A DNA stretch of 64,000 bases from Raillietiella orientalis (GCA_036172245.1 JAYWIR010000008.1:2604001-2668000); one strand, 5' to 3'; positions 43,315 through 55,900 are shown, numbered from the stretch's first letter. Notes: generated by a model not told the origin, from the letters alone. A program made the numbers and translations.

Positions 43315-46300
43315 ATGGACCCCGCCGGATTGCCGTTGCTGCGCGAGCTGCTCAGCATTCTGCAGAAAGATACACGTGTGTTAGAGCAAACCTCATATGA
43401 TGCTGCTGTAGCAGGGCTGCTCCGCCGAATATGGGACTCGTGTCTGAAGCACATGTGAGTGACCTGTTCCCTGTTTGGTTCAACGCCCAAATTTACGTGC
43501 AAAGCATCATCGAAGGTGCCCCTCTTTCCGCTCGAACCTTGCCTTCCTCAAGCGGTTGGCCAAACGGTAAAGACCAGCCTGACCTTTTTTTCTTTTTTCC
43601 CCTTCTAGCCGGAGCTTCGGCATCGTGCAGGGCAGGCTGACGATTGATGGAGCAAGATACGATGCTGACTTGTGCAAGATCGTTGCCGAACCTCCACCGA
43701 ACTGCAGAGGACGCGTTGTAATTACAATGTCTTTTCCGGGTATGGAGCAAGAGACCTCGGTTTCGTTCGTGGACGTGCGTGGTCACCGCGAAGGCGACTG
43801 TAAGCCACACGTAATGCCTGACGTTTTCGATTTCAGAACCTGGGCATTTGACGCACATGTGCTCTTTCAATTGCAGCTCACAAGACTCGGACTTTAAGAG
43901 CATGATACGTGATACTACTTCAGGTATTTCCCACGTGTCGCCCCTCCCCTCCTCTTCCTCTTCCAGCATCCCGTGCGTGGTGCAGCTGAAGTCCCGCACG
44001 TGGGCTTCACGGTTGCCGGAAAGTTTAGCATTGTCTTTCCAGAACAGTGCAGACAGTTGGTGGTGCAGTGTCCCTCGAGGAATGGGGTGTACGAAATGCT
44101 CGAAATGTTCCTGTGGAGTCCTTACTACAAGGGGGACGACTCCTTCCACCCCGTGCTGATCCCTGTGGTACGTGCGAGAAACGCCTTGGCAGGTCTTTTG
44201 CTGAAGTGCTTGTGGGGGGTGTAGGTTTGCCGAGTTGGTGACCCGGAAGGCCACTCCGTGCCCGAGGAGCCAGAACCACGTCAGCAGTTCGCGGAAACCA
44301 CCGCCAACCTTGTACCCGGTGAGAGGTAAAAAAAAAAATAATAATAATAATAATCGGTGTGTGTGTGTGTGTGTGTGTTAATTTGGCACGCCGTCGTCAG
44401 GTATTCCCGTTGGGTGCCTTGCGAAGAAGAGAACCTGAGGGGCTTGCCCACCTTCGAAGTGCCCACGTTCTTGAAAAAAGCCTACGCCTCGCACAAGTTG
44501 CAAGAAAGCAGCGACCACACGGATGCTGAGCTCCGTGCATTATCCGAAATCAGGTTTTTCCTGCTTGACATTTTAACGTGGGACTCTGATTTTCCAAGCT
44601 GCCCTGCAGCTTGAAGGCCTTTCCGCTTGCGAGACGCCTTGTGATTCATTAAATTGATTTTCGAAAATTCTTGGGTAATGTTGTCTGCTGGAACACCAGC
44701 TGCTGCCTCTTGCATGTCTTGATCTCCTTGATTTGGTGCGTGCGCTCCCAGGAATGTTCTGAGGCGAGGATTGCACAGAAGTAACCTGAAGGAGTTTTAT
44801 GCCCATCTGCTTTTTATAGAGGAATTGGAACAGAACATATTAATTACGAAATATGATATACCATCGACCTTTGTGCAGAAAGTCGACAATAGCCCTCTGG
44901 TGGAAGTGCAGGTATGTTTTTTGCAAGCAATTACAAATGAGATTTCGTTTTTTGTTTTTTTGGTGAAAGCTCCCCACAATGGATGATAATACACGCATCA
45001 TCCTTGGCCAAGAAGCACATGTACGGAAACTTAAAAAAAACAAGCTTTGCAAAACCACGTATCAAGGATTTGTACATTGCTTCAGTGAAAATTCTATGCT
45101 TTTAGGGATGAGTTCTAAGTAAGTCATTTTAAGTTACATGGTATTTGTCAGTGCCCAGTGATTTAGGTTTCGAAACAAGCTATCTAACCAACTAAGAGTG
45201 TATGTTAGGTTTGCAGTGAATCGGTTTCGTTACCGCAACATGCATAGGGCACTTTGCCTTGTGGAATCCTGCAGATTAGAATCCATGTTGTTTCCCCTTG
45301 CAAGTCACAATCATGTTTCTCATGGGGCATTGAAGTTGGTGCATGATACTCTTCTTCCCTTTATGCAAATTTAATTTAATTCGAATATTGTAGACTTTTC
45401 AATCAGGAGATTGCAAATAATGAAGAACAAATGAATGCCATACGCAGGATTCTTTGCGCACCAATCCCTTCACCTCCATACGTTGTATTTGGTCCTCCTG
45501 GAACAGGGAAAACAGCCACCATTGTAGAAGCCATAAAACAGGTTTGGTTCAAAGTTCAAAGTCTTTTTTAGTGTTTTGGGACATTTCTAGCTGTGTCATC
45601 TTCAAAGAGGTCACATATTAGCTTGTGCACCATCTAATGCCTCTGCAGATCTGTTGGCTCAGCAGTTGCTGAAGCATATTCCTGCACCCAAAATATTTCG
45701 TTTTTATGCTGTATCTCATGCCAGGTAAAAGCAGTAGTGCATTTACATTAAATTTCTTCTTTACTTTTTCTAGAATTCATTTTATTTCCAGAATTGCAAG
45801 ACATTGTAGCACTCATTCTTTGTTTTAGATTTTTTGAAATTTGGGCAAAATTACGTTGTTTAGCTGTGTCTCTGTCATCATTGCATATGTGGTTTGCTGA
45901 TGGGAATTGAAAGCTATTCTTTGTGTATGGATAGATTCAAAGGCCCTTGTTATGGGTGCTGAGTGATAGGACTTGCTTGAGCACATCAAAGCAACCACAT
46001 TTGCAGTTACATCTAGTGTTCCTTATTTTGTACTACCACGTTATGTAAAAGCTCAGATTTTACCTTTAGTAGCTCTGAGGTAACTTATAAACAAGGTTTT
46101 TCCTTTTTTTCCTTTTTTTTTTTTCCCCCTTTTTTTTTACTGACATCAATACAAGCGCACGGTCTTTTTTCTTGTCATTCTCCAACAGTTTCTTGTTCCT
46201 GGATTGCATGTGCATGATTAACTACGAGCTGTCTTTTCATTGTCACTATTTTGTTTTATGTCAGCATGCAAAAACATTACAGGATGAGGGAATAGCCTTA

Positions 46301-47968
46301 CCTGTTGACTGCATGAACAGAATGTAGGGAATGAGGTACTGTGGTGAGAAGCACAGAATTGAGAATGCTGCTAAGGCTATGCATGATGATTTGCACTTAC
46401 TGCTTGCTTTTGTTATTACAACCTACTGTTTCACTCTGCATACTTTCAGGGAGGAAGTATAACAACCTTTCTTTTGCCCACCGTGAAGAAGAAAGGTAGT
46501 TTCTCATTCTGGTTTCCAGTTTTCTCATTTAACTTATCCTCCTGCTCAGAGGGGAAAGTTTTTTTTATGTATCATGACATTGGGTTAATGTGAAAAGGTT
46601 TATCATGGTGGAAGGTTAACTGTGTAAAAACTTTGTGCTTTGTCTGTTTGCTAGTTTGTATTCCAAATAATCATTTCAGGAATGATGTTCCATCAGAGCT
46701 TCTTCCTTGTTCAAATTGGAATCAGCGTTTCAAGGTTTTCGGCAATGTTCCGTTGGCTCAAATACAGCAGTACACAGTGTTAATTTGCACCTTTGTTACA
46801 GCAGGAAGGTCTGTGTCTTGTCAGCACTGAAACTTTTGATTGCTGTTCTTTTCAGGTTAGTGACTAAGAGATTGCCATGCCACCACATTACCCATGTGTT
46901 TTTGGATGAAAGTGGGCAAGCAACTGTGCCCGAGGCATTCATTCCAATTGCTGGTATTTTGCAGAATAACAACTCGGCCATCACTGGGAACCTCATCCTA
47001 GCAGGAGACCCTAAACAGCTAGGTCCAATTGTGTTTTCACCACTGGCGACCAGATATGGACTTGGTAACTGAATTTATATGTAAGCTGTTAATTGAAACA
47101 TTTCAATCAGATAAGTCTTTCATGGAAATCCTCATGAGCCAGAGTGTGTATCAGTTGAGAAAGTCAAAGGGTTCTCAACACATAAGCATGCTGCTAAAAA
47201 ATTACCGCTCCCATCCATCACTTTTGAAAGTACCAAATGACCTATTTTATGATTCCTGTTTAAAGGTACATAAGTTTGCATAAAGTCTTTGGAGCTTCTG
47301 GAAAAATCTTTCTAGGCTTTTGGGGAAAAAAAGGTGTGTTTTTCCATGTGTGGCTGGGGACTTCTTCCCAATAAAAATTTTCCTCTGCTTTTCCATGACG
47401 TCAGAGGAAAAGAAGTGAAATCCAAACAATCTCTCAGCTTTTACAATGCCGAAGAAGTCGATGTGGTCGTGAGCTACGTCACTGAGCTCCTGCAATCCAA
47501 TTTGGAAGTGACCACCGAACAGATTAGCATCATTGGGTTTTATCGTGAACAAGTAAAAAAAATTAAACAGAAACTGAAACAGAAGAACCTCGATAAAATA
47601 AAAGTCGGGTCAGTGGAACAGTTTCAAGGCACCGAAAACAGAATTGTGATTCTGAGCACCGTACGCAGCACAACGGAGATCTTGGCGCAACCCCGGACTG
47701 GGTTCTTGAGGAATCCGAAGGTGACCACTATCGTCATATCGGCAATGCTGTTAACGTTCTTTCGTAGAGAATGAACGTAGCCATAACCAGGGCAAGGGCA
47801 CTGTTAATCGTGATCGGGAATTCCCTGGTGTTGAACACGGACCCTCACTGGAAGACTCTGCTTGACTACTGTTGCCATGCCCAGTCGGTTATCGGCACGA
47901 TTTCAAACTGCCTCGATGAGCTGAAGGCCTTGAATAAGCTGTGCCGTGCCTTGACGTCGATATTGTGA
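43315..47968 (+). CDS. MOV10: MOV10/Armitage/SDE3-like UPF1-type SF1 RNA helicase (5' exons uncertain)
   Basis: Phase-consistent exons 44225-44325, 44401-44553, 44752-44911, 44970-45118, 45167-45334, 45394-45541, 45591-45724, 46680-46808, 46856-47064, 47111-47265, 47316-47720, 47768-47968. Motifs: [110 protein letters not shown]. Further 5' exons lie in about 43315-44170; the start could be ATG 43315 or 43431 and is not resolved. Confidence 0.9.
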
Positions 47969-48279
47969 AAGCCTTCTGTGATCATGCTGGTGTGTTCCCT
48001 CGAAAAAAGAGTGAACCTCGGCTGCAAGTTGAGAATTTATTTCTGATAACCGGGGGACACGTACTGTTGGTTTCGTTTTTCTTCTTTCAAGTGTATGCGG
48101 GGTTTCGCAAGAGTCGGGAGCTTAATGAAGCCATTAAAGTGTTGATTCTCTAGCTGCCTTTCAGTTGGTTGCGCGGACGTCGAGGTGGAAGCTGCCGTGG
48201 ACACAGCAGCGGTTCCCCTGGGAGTTGATCGCGGCGACAGGAGCAAGGGAAGGAGGGAGCGGAGGGAAGGAACTGCGGT

Positions 48280-48708
48280 TCAATTTTTCGGGTGCCATCT
48301 AGAGTCCAGGGCGGACTCCAGACGTTCCCGTTTTTCCTTGGCAGTGGTCTTGGGTGACGCCAGGATGTATGACAAGGGATTTCCATCCGTCACGGTAGGA
48401 TTCCGAAGGGACGCGAAGACGAAACCGGACTGCATCCCGTCGGCGTAACCCGCTCCCCATTCTTCGCGCCGACACTCCTTTTTGAAGACGCGGATGAAGA
48501 AGTCGGGGAAGGCAAGCAGGACGCGATGCCTGCACCAGAGAAAAGCTGGGAGCAAGCAAGCATCGCTGCGGGGACCGCCCTCGGGAACAGGGCGGCGGCT
48601 AACTAGGATGGTAGAAGCGAAGAGAAGGGCGAGTTGTGCCCAAGCTGCACATGGGCATGGCAACCACACGACGGCGGCAGGAAGCGACCTGTCGCAGAGG
48701 AACTCCAA
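48280..48708 (-). mobile_element. Decayed reverse transcriptase fragment between MOV10 and GNAV
   Basis: EGGPRSDACLLPAFL...GAGYADG resembles RT motifs G-x-R-QG-x-P-LSP-x-LF...YADD with similar spacing. Confidence 0.35.
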
Positions 48709-50036
48709 ACAGGAAACGTCTCAAGTCGGCAGCGGCTCGAAGCGGGCGACGTGTGCGTCTGCGCGCCTTCTCTCACGTCGGCGGCGAGTAAAGTGTGCGT
48801 TGACAACAGAAGTCCGCATCTCTTTCGCGCGCGTCTTGTGACGTACCAGGCGCGAGCGCGGCGGCAATCACGGGCATCGAGCGGGGATCCGATGTCAACA
48901 TTGGTCACCATGTCGCTGCATGAAGGTTATCCGCGGCAGTCCGCTCGCGCGCGCAAGGAACGCTGAGATGGCATGGAGACCGCTGACCATGCAGGAAGTC
49001 CCCCCCCTCCCCACACACACACCATTTTTCGTTCCCGGATTCCTTCTTCACTGCGGCCTAGTGACGCACTTCCGGGCTCGAAAGGCGTCTGCGAACTCGG
49101 CCGAGCAGGAGGGGCTGAAGGCGTCGATGGACTGCCGGAACGGCCACGCCTTTCCTCGTTCCTTCCCCGACCTGGAGGTCTCCTCTCCCTCGACTTCCTT
49201 CCTCCTGTGGTCCCAAGAGGACGAGGGAGCGCGCGCTCCCGCCCGGAGCTCCTGCCTCGCATCATGGTCGCGACAACGACGGGGACGACACGCCTCGCCC
49301 CGCCTCCGTCCCGCCCGCCGGCGGGAGGAAGGCGCACGCGCGCCCCGAACCCACTGAGCCCTCGACAGGTGCTTCCCGCGGAGAACTTCCGCTTGTTCAC
49401 CCCTTCGAGCGGGGGACGGGGCTGCTCGGTCGGCCGGAGGGCGTCGCGGCCGCGGCAGCTCTTGAAAAGGATCTCGTTCTCGCCTTTCTTTGACCACACC
49501 CATCGATCACACGCCGCCCGCACATTCGGACCGGCAGGGATCCCTAACGAAAAGGGTGGAGGAGGAAGAGGAGGGGAACAGAAGGTGGAGATGGAAACGG
49601 CGGCGGAAGGGGGGGGAAGAAGAGATCTGCGGACCCCGGAGAAGCCACCTCGCCGCCCGAACCTTTCGCGGTCGCCATGGCCACGGAACTGCGGCGGGAC
49701 GGAAGAAGGTCGGCAGCTCTCCCAGGGTGGAAAGGATGTGTGCCCGTCTCGACCGCGGCGTAGTAGAGGCGCCCTTCGGTGCTACCTGCACCGTCTTCTG
49801 AATGCGCCGAGTCGCGGTCGGGGCCGCGCCGACTGGCTCGCCGACGTCGCCAGCCACATACCCACCGGCGCGAGTCTCCGCGACAACCAACTTCTCCTAC
49901 CACCCCGTTCCACCCGTATCGCCCCCCCCCCCTCCCGTCGAGCAAAAGAACCAGAGAGGCACCTCGTGACTTGCCTGCGTCGCGGCAGCATGTAATCCTT
50001 TTGTCCTGTCCTCTTTGCGGGGAAGGGCAGGGGACG

Positions 50037-52928
50037 CTACAGCAGCGTGCACCGCACCAGGTTTTCGCGGATGATGGTGTCCATGACATCGCGGAAGACC
50101 CCTTGCACGCTGGACGTGTCCGTTGCCGTGGTGAAGTGCGGGTAGACGGGCCGGGAGGGCACTCGGTTCAGGCGCAGGAACTTGTCCCTCAAGTAGAGGG
50201 CCGCAGCGTCCACGTCCAGTTCGCGGCCTGCGGGGAATTTGCCCGGGTGTGGCAGTCGTCGACGTCTTCTTTCGCTCGGGGGGACGGGGAGTCGGGGGAG
50301 AGGGAGGATGGGGGGGGGGGGCGGTGGAGTGATCTGCGAGGGGAGGAGGGGGAATACACCCTTGCCACCCCCTCTCCCCGTTTCCCTCCACGCTCCCACC
50401 TCCCCTTCTGCCCTCTCCCCCCCTCGTCCCACCGTCGCGCCACCCCCGTCCCGCGTACCCTGGTAGTCCCTGAAGTAGTGGCGGAGGAAGCGGCCCGAGT
50501 AAAGGATCTTCTTGCGGAAGAGGTCAAACTTGTTGAGGAAGAGGACGACGGACGTCCGGAGGAAGAAGCGGCTGTGGCAGATGTCGCTGAAGAGGGCGAG
50601 GCTCTCGCGGACGCGGTTGGTTGTCGGATCCTCGGCCACCGTCATATCGTAGCCGCTGAGCGCCACCACGTACAACAGCGCCTTCACGTCGTCGAAGTGG
50701 TGGATCCACTTGCGCCGCTCCGAGCGCTGTCCACCTACGTCGAACAGCCTGGGGAAAGCAGCGGGAGGTGGGATGGGGGTGCCGGGGGCAATGAGGGTGA
50801 GCTCTTTGCAGAGAGGAGGAGGCGGAAGAGGGAAGGAAGAAAAGAACAGGATGAGAAGGAGGAAGGGAGGAGGAGGAGGAAGAGGAAAAGGAGGCTACCT
50901 GAAGACGACGTCATGGAAGACAAACCGGGACTCGACGACGCCTGTGGTGCGTATGCGCACACGCAGCACGTCCGTGGGGGAGGGGACGTACCCCCGAGCG
51001 CAAATCCTTGAGGCGTTCTCGAACAGGCTGGAGGCAGAAGAGTGTGAGGGTGAGGAGCAAAAGGGGGCGCGTGGGAAGGAGTGGAGGAGAGGAAAGGAAG
51101 GGGGGAAGCCGAGAGGAGGAGGAGGGTCCCATCCCTTTCTCCCCCTCCTCTCGGCTGCCCGTGAGGACGCGAGCGCGCCACTCACTACACAGCCGAGTCG
51201 TTCAGCTCGTATTCGTCGCCCCTGGCGATGGCCAGGCGCACTCCCCGGTCTTCCAGGAGCCTCCGGACGGACGCCGCGACGGTCGGGTGCATGGGGATGG
51301 CCCCGCCGGGACAGCGGCCGCACTCCAGGACGCGCTTGGCGTGGACCTAGGCGCACATGGAGGGGGGGGGGAGTCAGAAACGCTCGTTTTGCGGGGGAGA
51401 AGGGGGAGGAGGAGGTCAAGGCGCCACCTGGTTCTCCTGGTTTTCCAGGTTGATCCGGAGGACGCCCATCCCGTGGAGGACGTACTTGAGGGATGCCACG
51501 AGGTTGTCGAGGACGGTGGACCGGAAGGCGCGCAGCTCCTCCTTGGTGAACCCGTCGTGGTGGATTATCTTCATCTGCCTCACCAGCGTGCTCTTCCCGC
51601 TCTCCGCGGCGCCTGAGGGGGTATGGGAAGTCAGGGCGCGTGCGCTCGCACACATCTCTTCCGAGTTCCCCTCCTGATCCCTCCCCCCTCCCTGCCCGCG
51701 GAGCTACGGGGGAAGGGCGCGTCGCGCGCCCTCTTCTGCTTCCGGGGAAGCCGGAAGTCCTCCGCCGGTCCACCTTCCCTTTCTACGCGCCGAGGCTGGA
51801 TAGGCGGCCTACGCGGGAGCGGCGCAGCTTCCCGCCGCTGCTGCGGGGCGGCATGCCTGTCGCCTTCCGGAAAAGCGGAGGTAGGGGCCTCCCCTCCTTC
51901 CCAGACGCCCCCTTGCGCGGGCCGAGCGGCAAGGCGGAGGGGAACGGTGGTGCGGCGTCCCATGGGGAAGGCCCGTCTCCATTCCCCTTCGCCCCCTCAG
52001 TAGAACCACCGTTCGCCGTCCCTTCCTCTGAGCTCTTTCGGGCACGCATGGGCGCGCATCGCCCTGGAGCGTCGCTCGGGCCCCTGATCACTTAAGGAGG
52101 AGGGCAGTGTCCCCTCCAGTTCAAGGTCGAACAGGGGTAGCCCCTCCGAGGACCCCCTGAGAATCGGCAGCAGCTCAGAAAGGTGCGGCGGCGGCTTAAA
52201 GCCGGGGTCTCCGCGCTCGCGCCTCCGGGGATCCCCGCCCCGAAGGAGCGTCTGGGAGGCGCCTTCCCGAAGGGCGGGGGCGAAGCGCGTCCAGGACGCC
52301 GCGGGGGCAGACTCCTCTGCGAGGATGGGCTGGCCTGCGACCCGCAACGCGCCGGGTCCGCCGCTCAAGGACGCGCGCGCTTCCCCGACGACACTCTCTC
52401 GCAAGGGACGGCCTGCCCGGAAGGAGGGGGCGCGACGACCTCCCTCGAGGCGGGCGAACTCCGTTACGGGGAGGAGAGACGGTTATCGCGTTCGAGGGCC
52501 GGGGAAAAAGCCGAACAGGGGTGTTGCGAGGAAGGTGCGACTCCTCCTCCCCTACCCCTGTTGGCGGGAAGAGGGCCGGCTGGTAGCGCGTGGCGCGCCA
52601 CCAGCCGGACGGCGGCGCGGGTCCGAGGAGGTCCGCAGGAGGTTCGAGGAAGGGAAGGAGCGCCAACTAACTCGCCGCCGTCTGTCCCACGCCGCGCGCT
52701 CGCACTCCCTACTGGCGCTCGGGATTCGGCCGCTCCCCCGGACCACGCACGCTCGCGCGCGACGGAACCACCTCCGCGCCTCCCCCCCTTCCCACCTGAC
52801 AGAAGGACTTTGATGACGTTGCGTTCCTGCCGGGCCCACTCCTCGATGCTCCTGTCGATCTGTTCGCTCTTCAGCTTCGCCTTGTGCTCCTCGCCATCCA
52901 GGCTCAGGCACGCGCCGATCAAGTTCAT
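50037..52928 (-). CDS. GNAV1: Heterotrimeric G protein alpha subunit, Gv class, 6 exons, 362 aa
   Basis: Exons (minus strand) 52928-52796, 51612-51428, 51346-51186, 51027-50899, 50748-50459, 50227-50037; GT-AG, 1089 nt in frame. G-boxes GAAESGKST, RVRIRTTG, DVGGQ, NKFD, TTATDT. Gv-diagnostic strings as recalled from fish Gv: GAAESGKSTLV, VLDNL..SLKYVLHGMGVLRINL, ALSGYDMT, KILYSGRFLRHY, DVDAAA, VMDTIIRENL. Confidence 0.93.
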
Positions 52929-55900
52929 GGCTCCTCGGGCGGCGGTCAGCTCGAGCGACGCGGGGCTCCGAGCGAACCCGCGCGCCGCGCGGCGGCGGCA
53001 GCAGCCCTGCGCGGCACCAGAGGCAGCGAGCGGGTGCGCATGGTGACTGCGAGGCGCGACCGGCAGACGCGAGCTCCGCGCGCCTCGCCCCGCGCGAACA
53101 CCGGTAGCCCTGCCCGCGCGGACCCGCGCGGCGCTGCTGCTCGCCGCGCCGCCAACCCGAGCGACCCCTGCGTAACCGGGACGGCGGGGCCGTGGACTGC
53201 GCCGTCGGGCGGCGACGACGAAGCCGGACGGGGGGAGGAGGAGGCGCCGCCACCATCGTCCGGCGTCTCCACCCGCCACTCGGAAGCATGCGCAGTCCCC
53301 ACGCAGTCTCCGTCGGCAGCCGGCGGGAGGTTCGTGCGGGGTCTGCGGGAGAGACGGCTGCTGGCCAACTTCCCCGGGGCGCCCCTGACCCACTGGAGAT
53401 CCCTGCGGCGGGGAAAACCCATAAAAACGGCCGAACTGCGTGCCTTCCAAAGCGACGTCCATCCCATGCAAGCGTCTGCCTGCCGCTCCGATCGCGGTGC
53501 CGTTTGTTTATTCCCATCGCGAGCACATCGTGCGCAACGCGCACATGCACGCACGCGGAACGTGCGTACATATACAAACGAATTCAAGATGTGCACCTTA
53601 ACACGGGCGGGGTGTGCGCAGCCGAGAATCCATGCCGCACGCCAAGGGGAACGCCAGACGCCACGAGCGCGCGCGTTCCGCCCCATCTGACGATGGGCGC
53701 GAGAAGCTTCCGTTCCACCGGAGCGCTGCTGAGGTCCCGCCTTCGCCGTGGGGTGGGATCGAATTCCGGTGGGCTCCTGCGCCCTCCCGATCCCGGGGAA
53801 CGCTCGCGGGGCACTCGCCGATCCTCTGGCTGCTGCTGTTCCGAGCCAACCGCCGCGACGTCTGGAGCATTTCAGAAAGAGGGAGGGAAGGGGGGGGGGG
53901 GGCACAGGAAACGCCCGTCGCGTGCGGACATCCGACAAACTTGCGCTGCCAAGAGACGTGTTGGCTTTCGCTTTGGTTGCGTTTCCAGCTGCGTTTTGCT
54001 TTTGTTTTCCCGTTTCTCTCCTGGGCTGATTCGGTTCACCTTGTGCCGATTTCTGACCTCGTGCTTTGTTCTTGTTGTCCTCTTTCCGTGTTGCTGTCTT
54101 CTTGGTGATTGGGCTGAGGATCGACAACCAGAGGCTGAGGGGAGCGCGCAAACGAAATCGAAAGTGCCCGCGTCCACTGCACAAGGGAAAAGGCGCACCC
54201 ACCCACAAAACAACAACAAGAAAAAAAGAAGAAAAAAAAAAACGCCGTCGTGGCTGGACGCAAAAGGGAAGCAAAACGACCGCAAGAAGGGAGGGAAGAA
54301 GAGAAAAGAAAAAAAAAAGAAGAAGGAAAGATTCCGGCTAAGAGGACAAGCGTGCGCGTGCCCCGTTTCCAAGGTACTGCGGAAGGGAAGGCGGGCCCCG
54401 CCGTTGAGCAGAGCGCTCCTCCTGCCCGTCGCAGCGCGCCGCGGAACTCGGCCCCGTTAGCCCGAACGAGGTGCCTGACAGGACAAAAGGGGAAGATGAT
54501 GGATAACCCTTTTGCCGGGTTGCTGCGCAGTCTCCTGCTGAATGGGCTCGGGAACAATGACGCTGCGGATACGTCGTCTCCGAGGCGGCGGCACGGCGGA
54601 CTCTGCCGAATCTTTTGGGACGCACGGAGGCGGACAGCATGCGATCTTTTGTTTTCCGCCTTTTTCCCTTTCAAAGGAAACGCCACGGAGAAAGCGCGTG
54701 CGGCGGCAACAGCAGCCGGATGAGAGCGCTTCTTTCGCGAGGAAGGGGAGCGAGGAGGAGGAGAAAGCAAGAAGTGTTTCTGCTCTGGCGGCAGCCGTTC
54801 CCGCGCCTTTGCGTGTTTCCCCCCTTGAGCCTCCTCCCCTTCTTCCCTTCCCCCCTTCCCCCCCCCCCTCTTCTCACTTTTGTTTTCCTCTTTGGATGAC
54901 GTAATAGCTTGCTTCCGCCCATTTCCTTTCGCGGAATAGGCAAAAAAAGGCAAAAGAAAAAAAAAATGCTCCTTCATCTCATGTTGGCTCCCACGCTCTC
55001 CGAGCCGCATCTTCCGCTCTCGCGCGCCCCTCGACAAGCATCCAGGAGGCGACCGCGAGAGACGAGGGATATTCGTTTTTCCAGGACGGCGCCCTCTTCA
55101 CACTCCCCGGGAAGACCCGGAAGCTTTCAATTTGCATCCATAGATGGCGGGGTGATAGCAGCACCTCCACCACGAGGAGGGCCTTTCGGCGGTTGCTTCC
55201 CGATCACCGGAAGGGGAAGCGTGAAGCGCTCGTGGATCACCTTGCGAGACGGAAATCCCGTCTCATGGTTCCTGATAGTCGATGCAGAGCAGCCGCTGAC
55301 CTCCTGGAGGCGGGAAGAAACGGACGACCTGTCCGCTCCTGATCTCGCGCCCACTCGTGTCATCTCCCTCCAGGGTCGCTCCTACCCCACCCACCCCACC
55401 CCCCTCTTCTGGAGAAAGCCATTCCACAGAGCGAATGCAAGACGAAGGAGAGGGCCGAAGGCGACACCGGCAGCCACGGAAGCCCCAAACCTCGTTGCCA
55501 CGAGACTGGAGGGGCCTGAATCTCGGAGCCTGAGGGCAAAATCACCCGATGACAGGCGTCAGCTCCACCTCTTCCCTTTTGGGGGATCGGGTCTGGTCCA
55601 AAAGAAGGGGGAAAGCGGGGAGAGAGTCTCTTCTGCCGATACGGATCGCAGGGGTCGTCTCCAGGCGCCACCGTGTGGCTTCGACTTTGACCTGCCTGTG
55701 AACAGAACACTTAGGGGGGGACTCCCATCCCCGCGCTCGAGTGATGGAGAGCGCCTCGGGCGAAACGTGAAAAATGAGGCAGCTTCCGGACAGCGGGCGA
55801 AGTGGCCGACCGGTTCGTGCAAAAGTTACCGGAGCTCGCGGAACTCCAGAGAGGGGCCCCAAGACGGGACCACCCCTCCCCGGGAATTTTTTTTTCCCGG

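Noticed and set aside
45890..46440. C/D-box snoRNA in the long MOV10 intron
   Set aside because: ATGATGA at 46383 has no downstream CTGA at suitable spacing; the TGATGG...CTGA pair near 45898-45962 lacks a consensus C box and terminal stem.
49779..51616. 410-aa and other plus-strand ORFs over the G-alpha gene
   Set aside because: Antisense shadows of GC3-rich GNAV exons.
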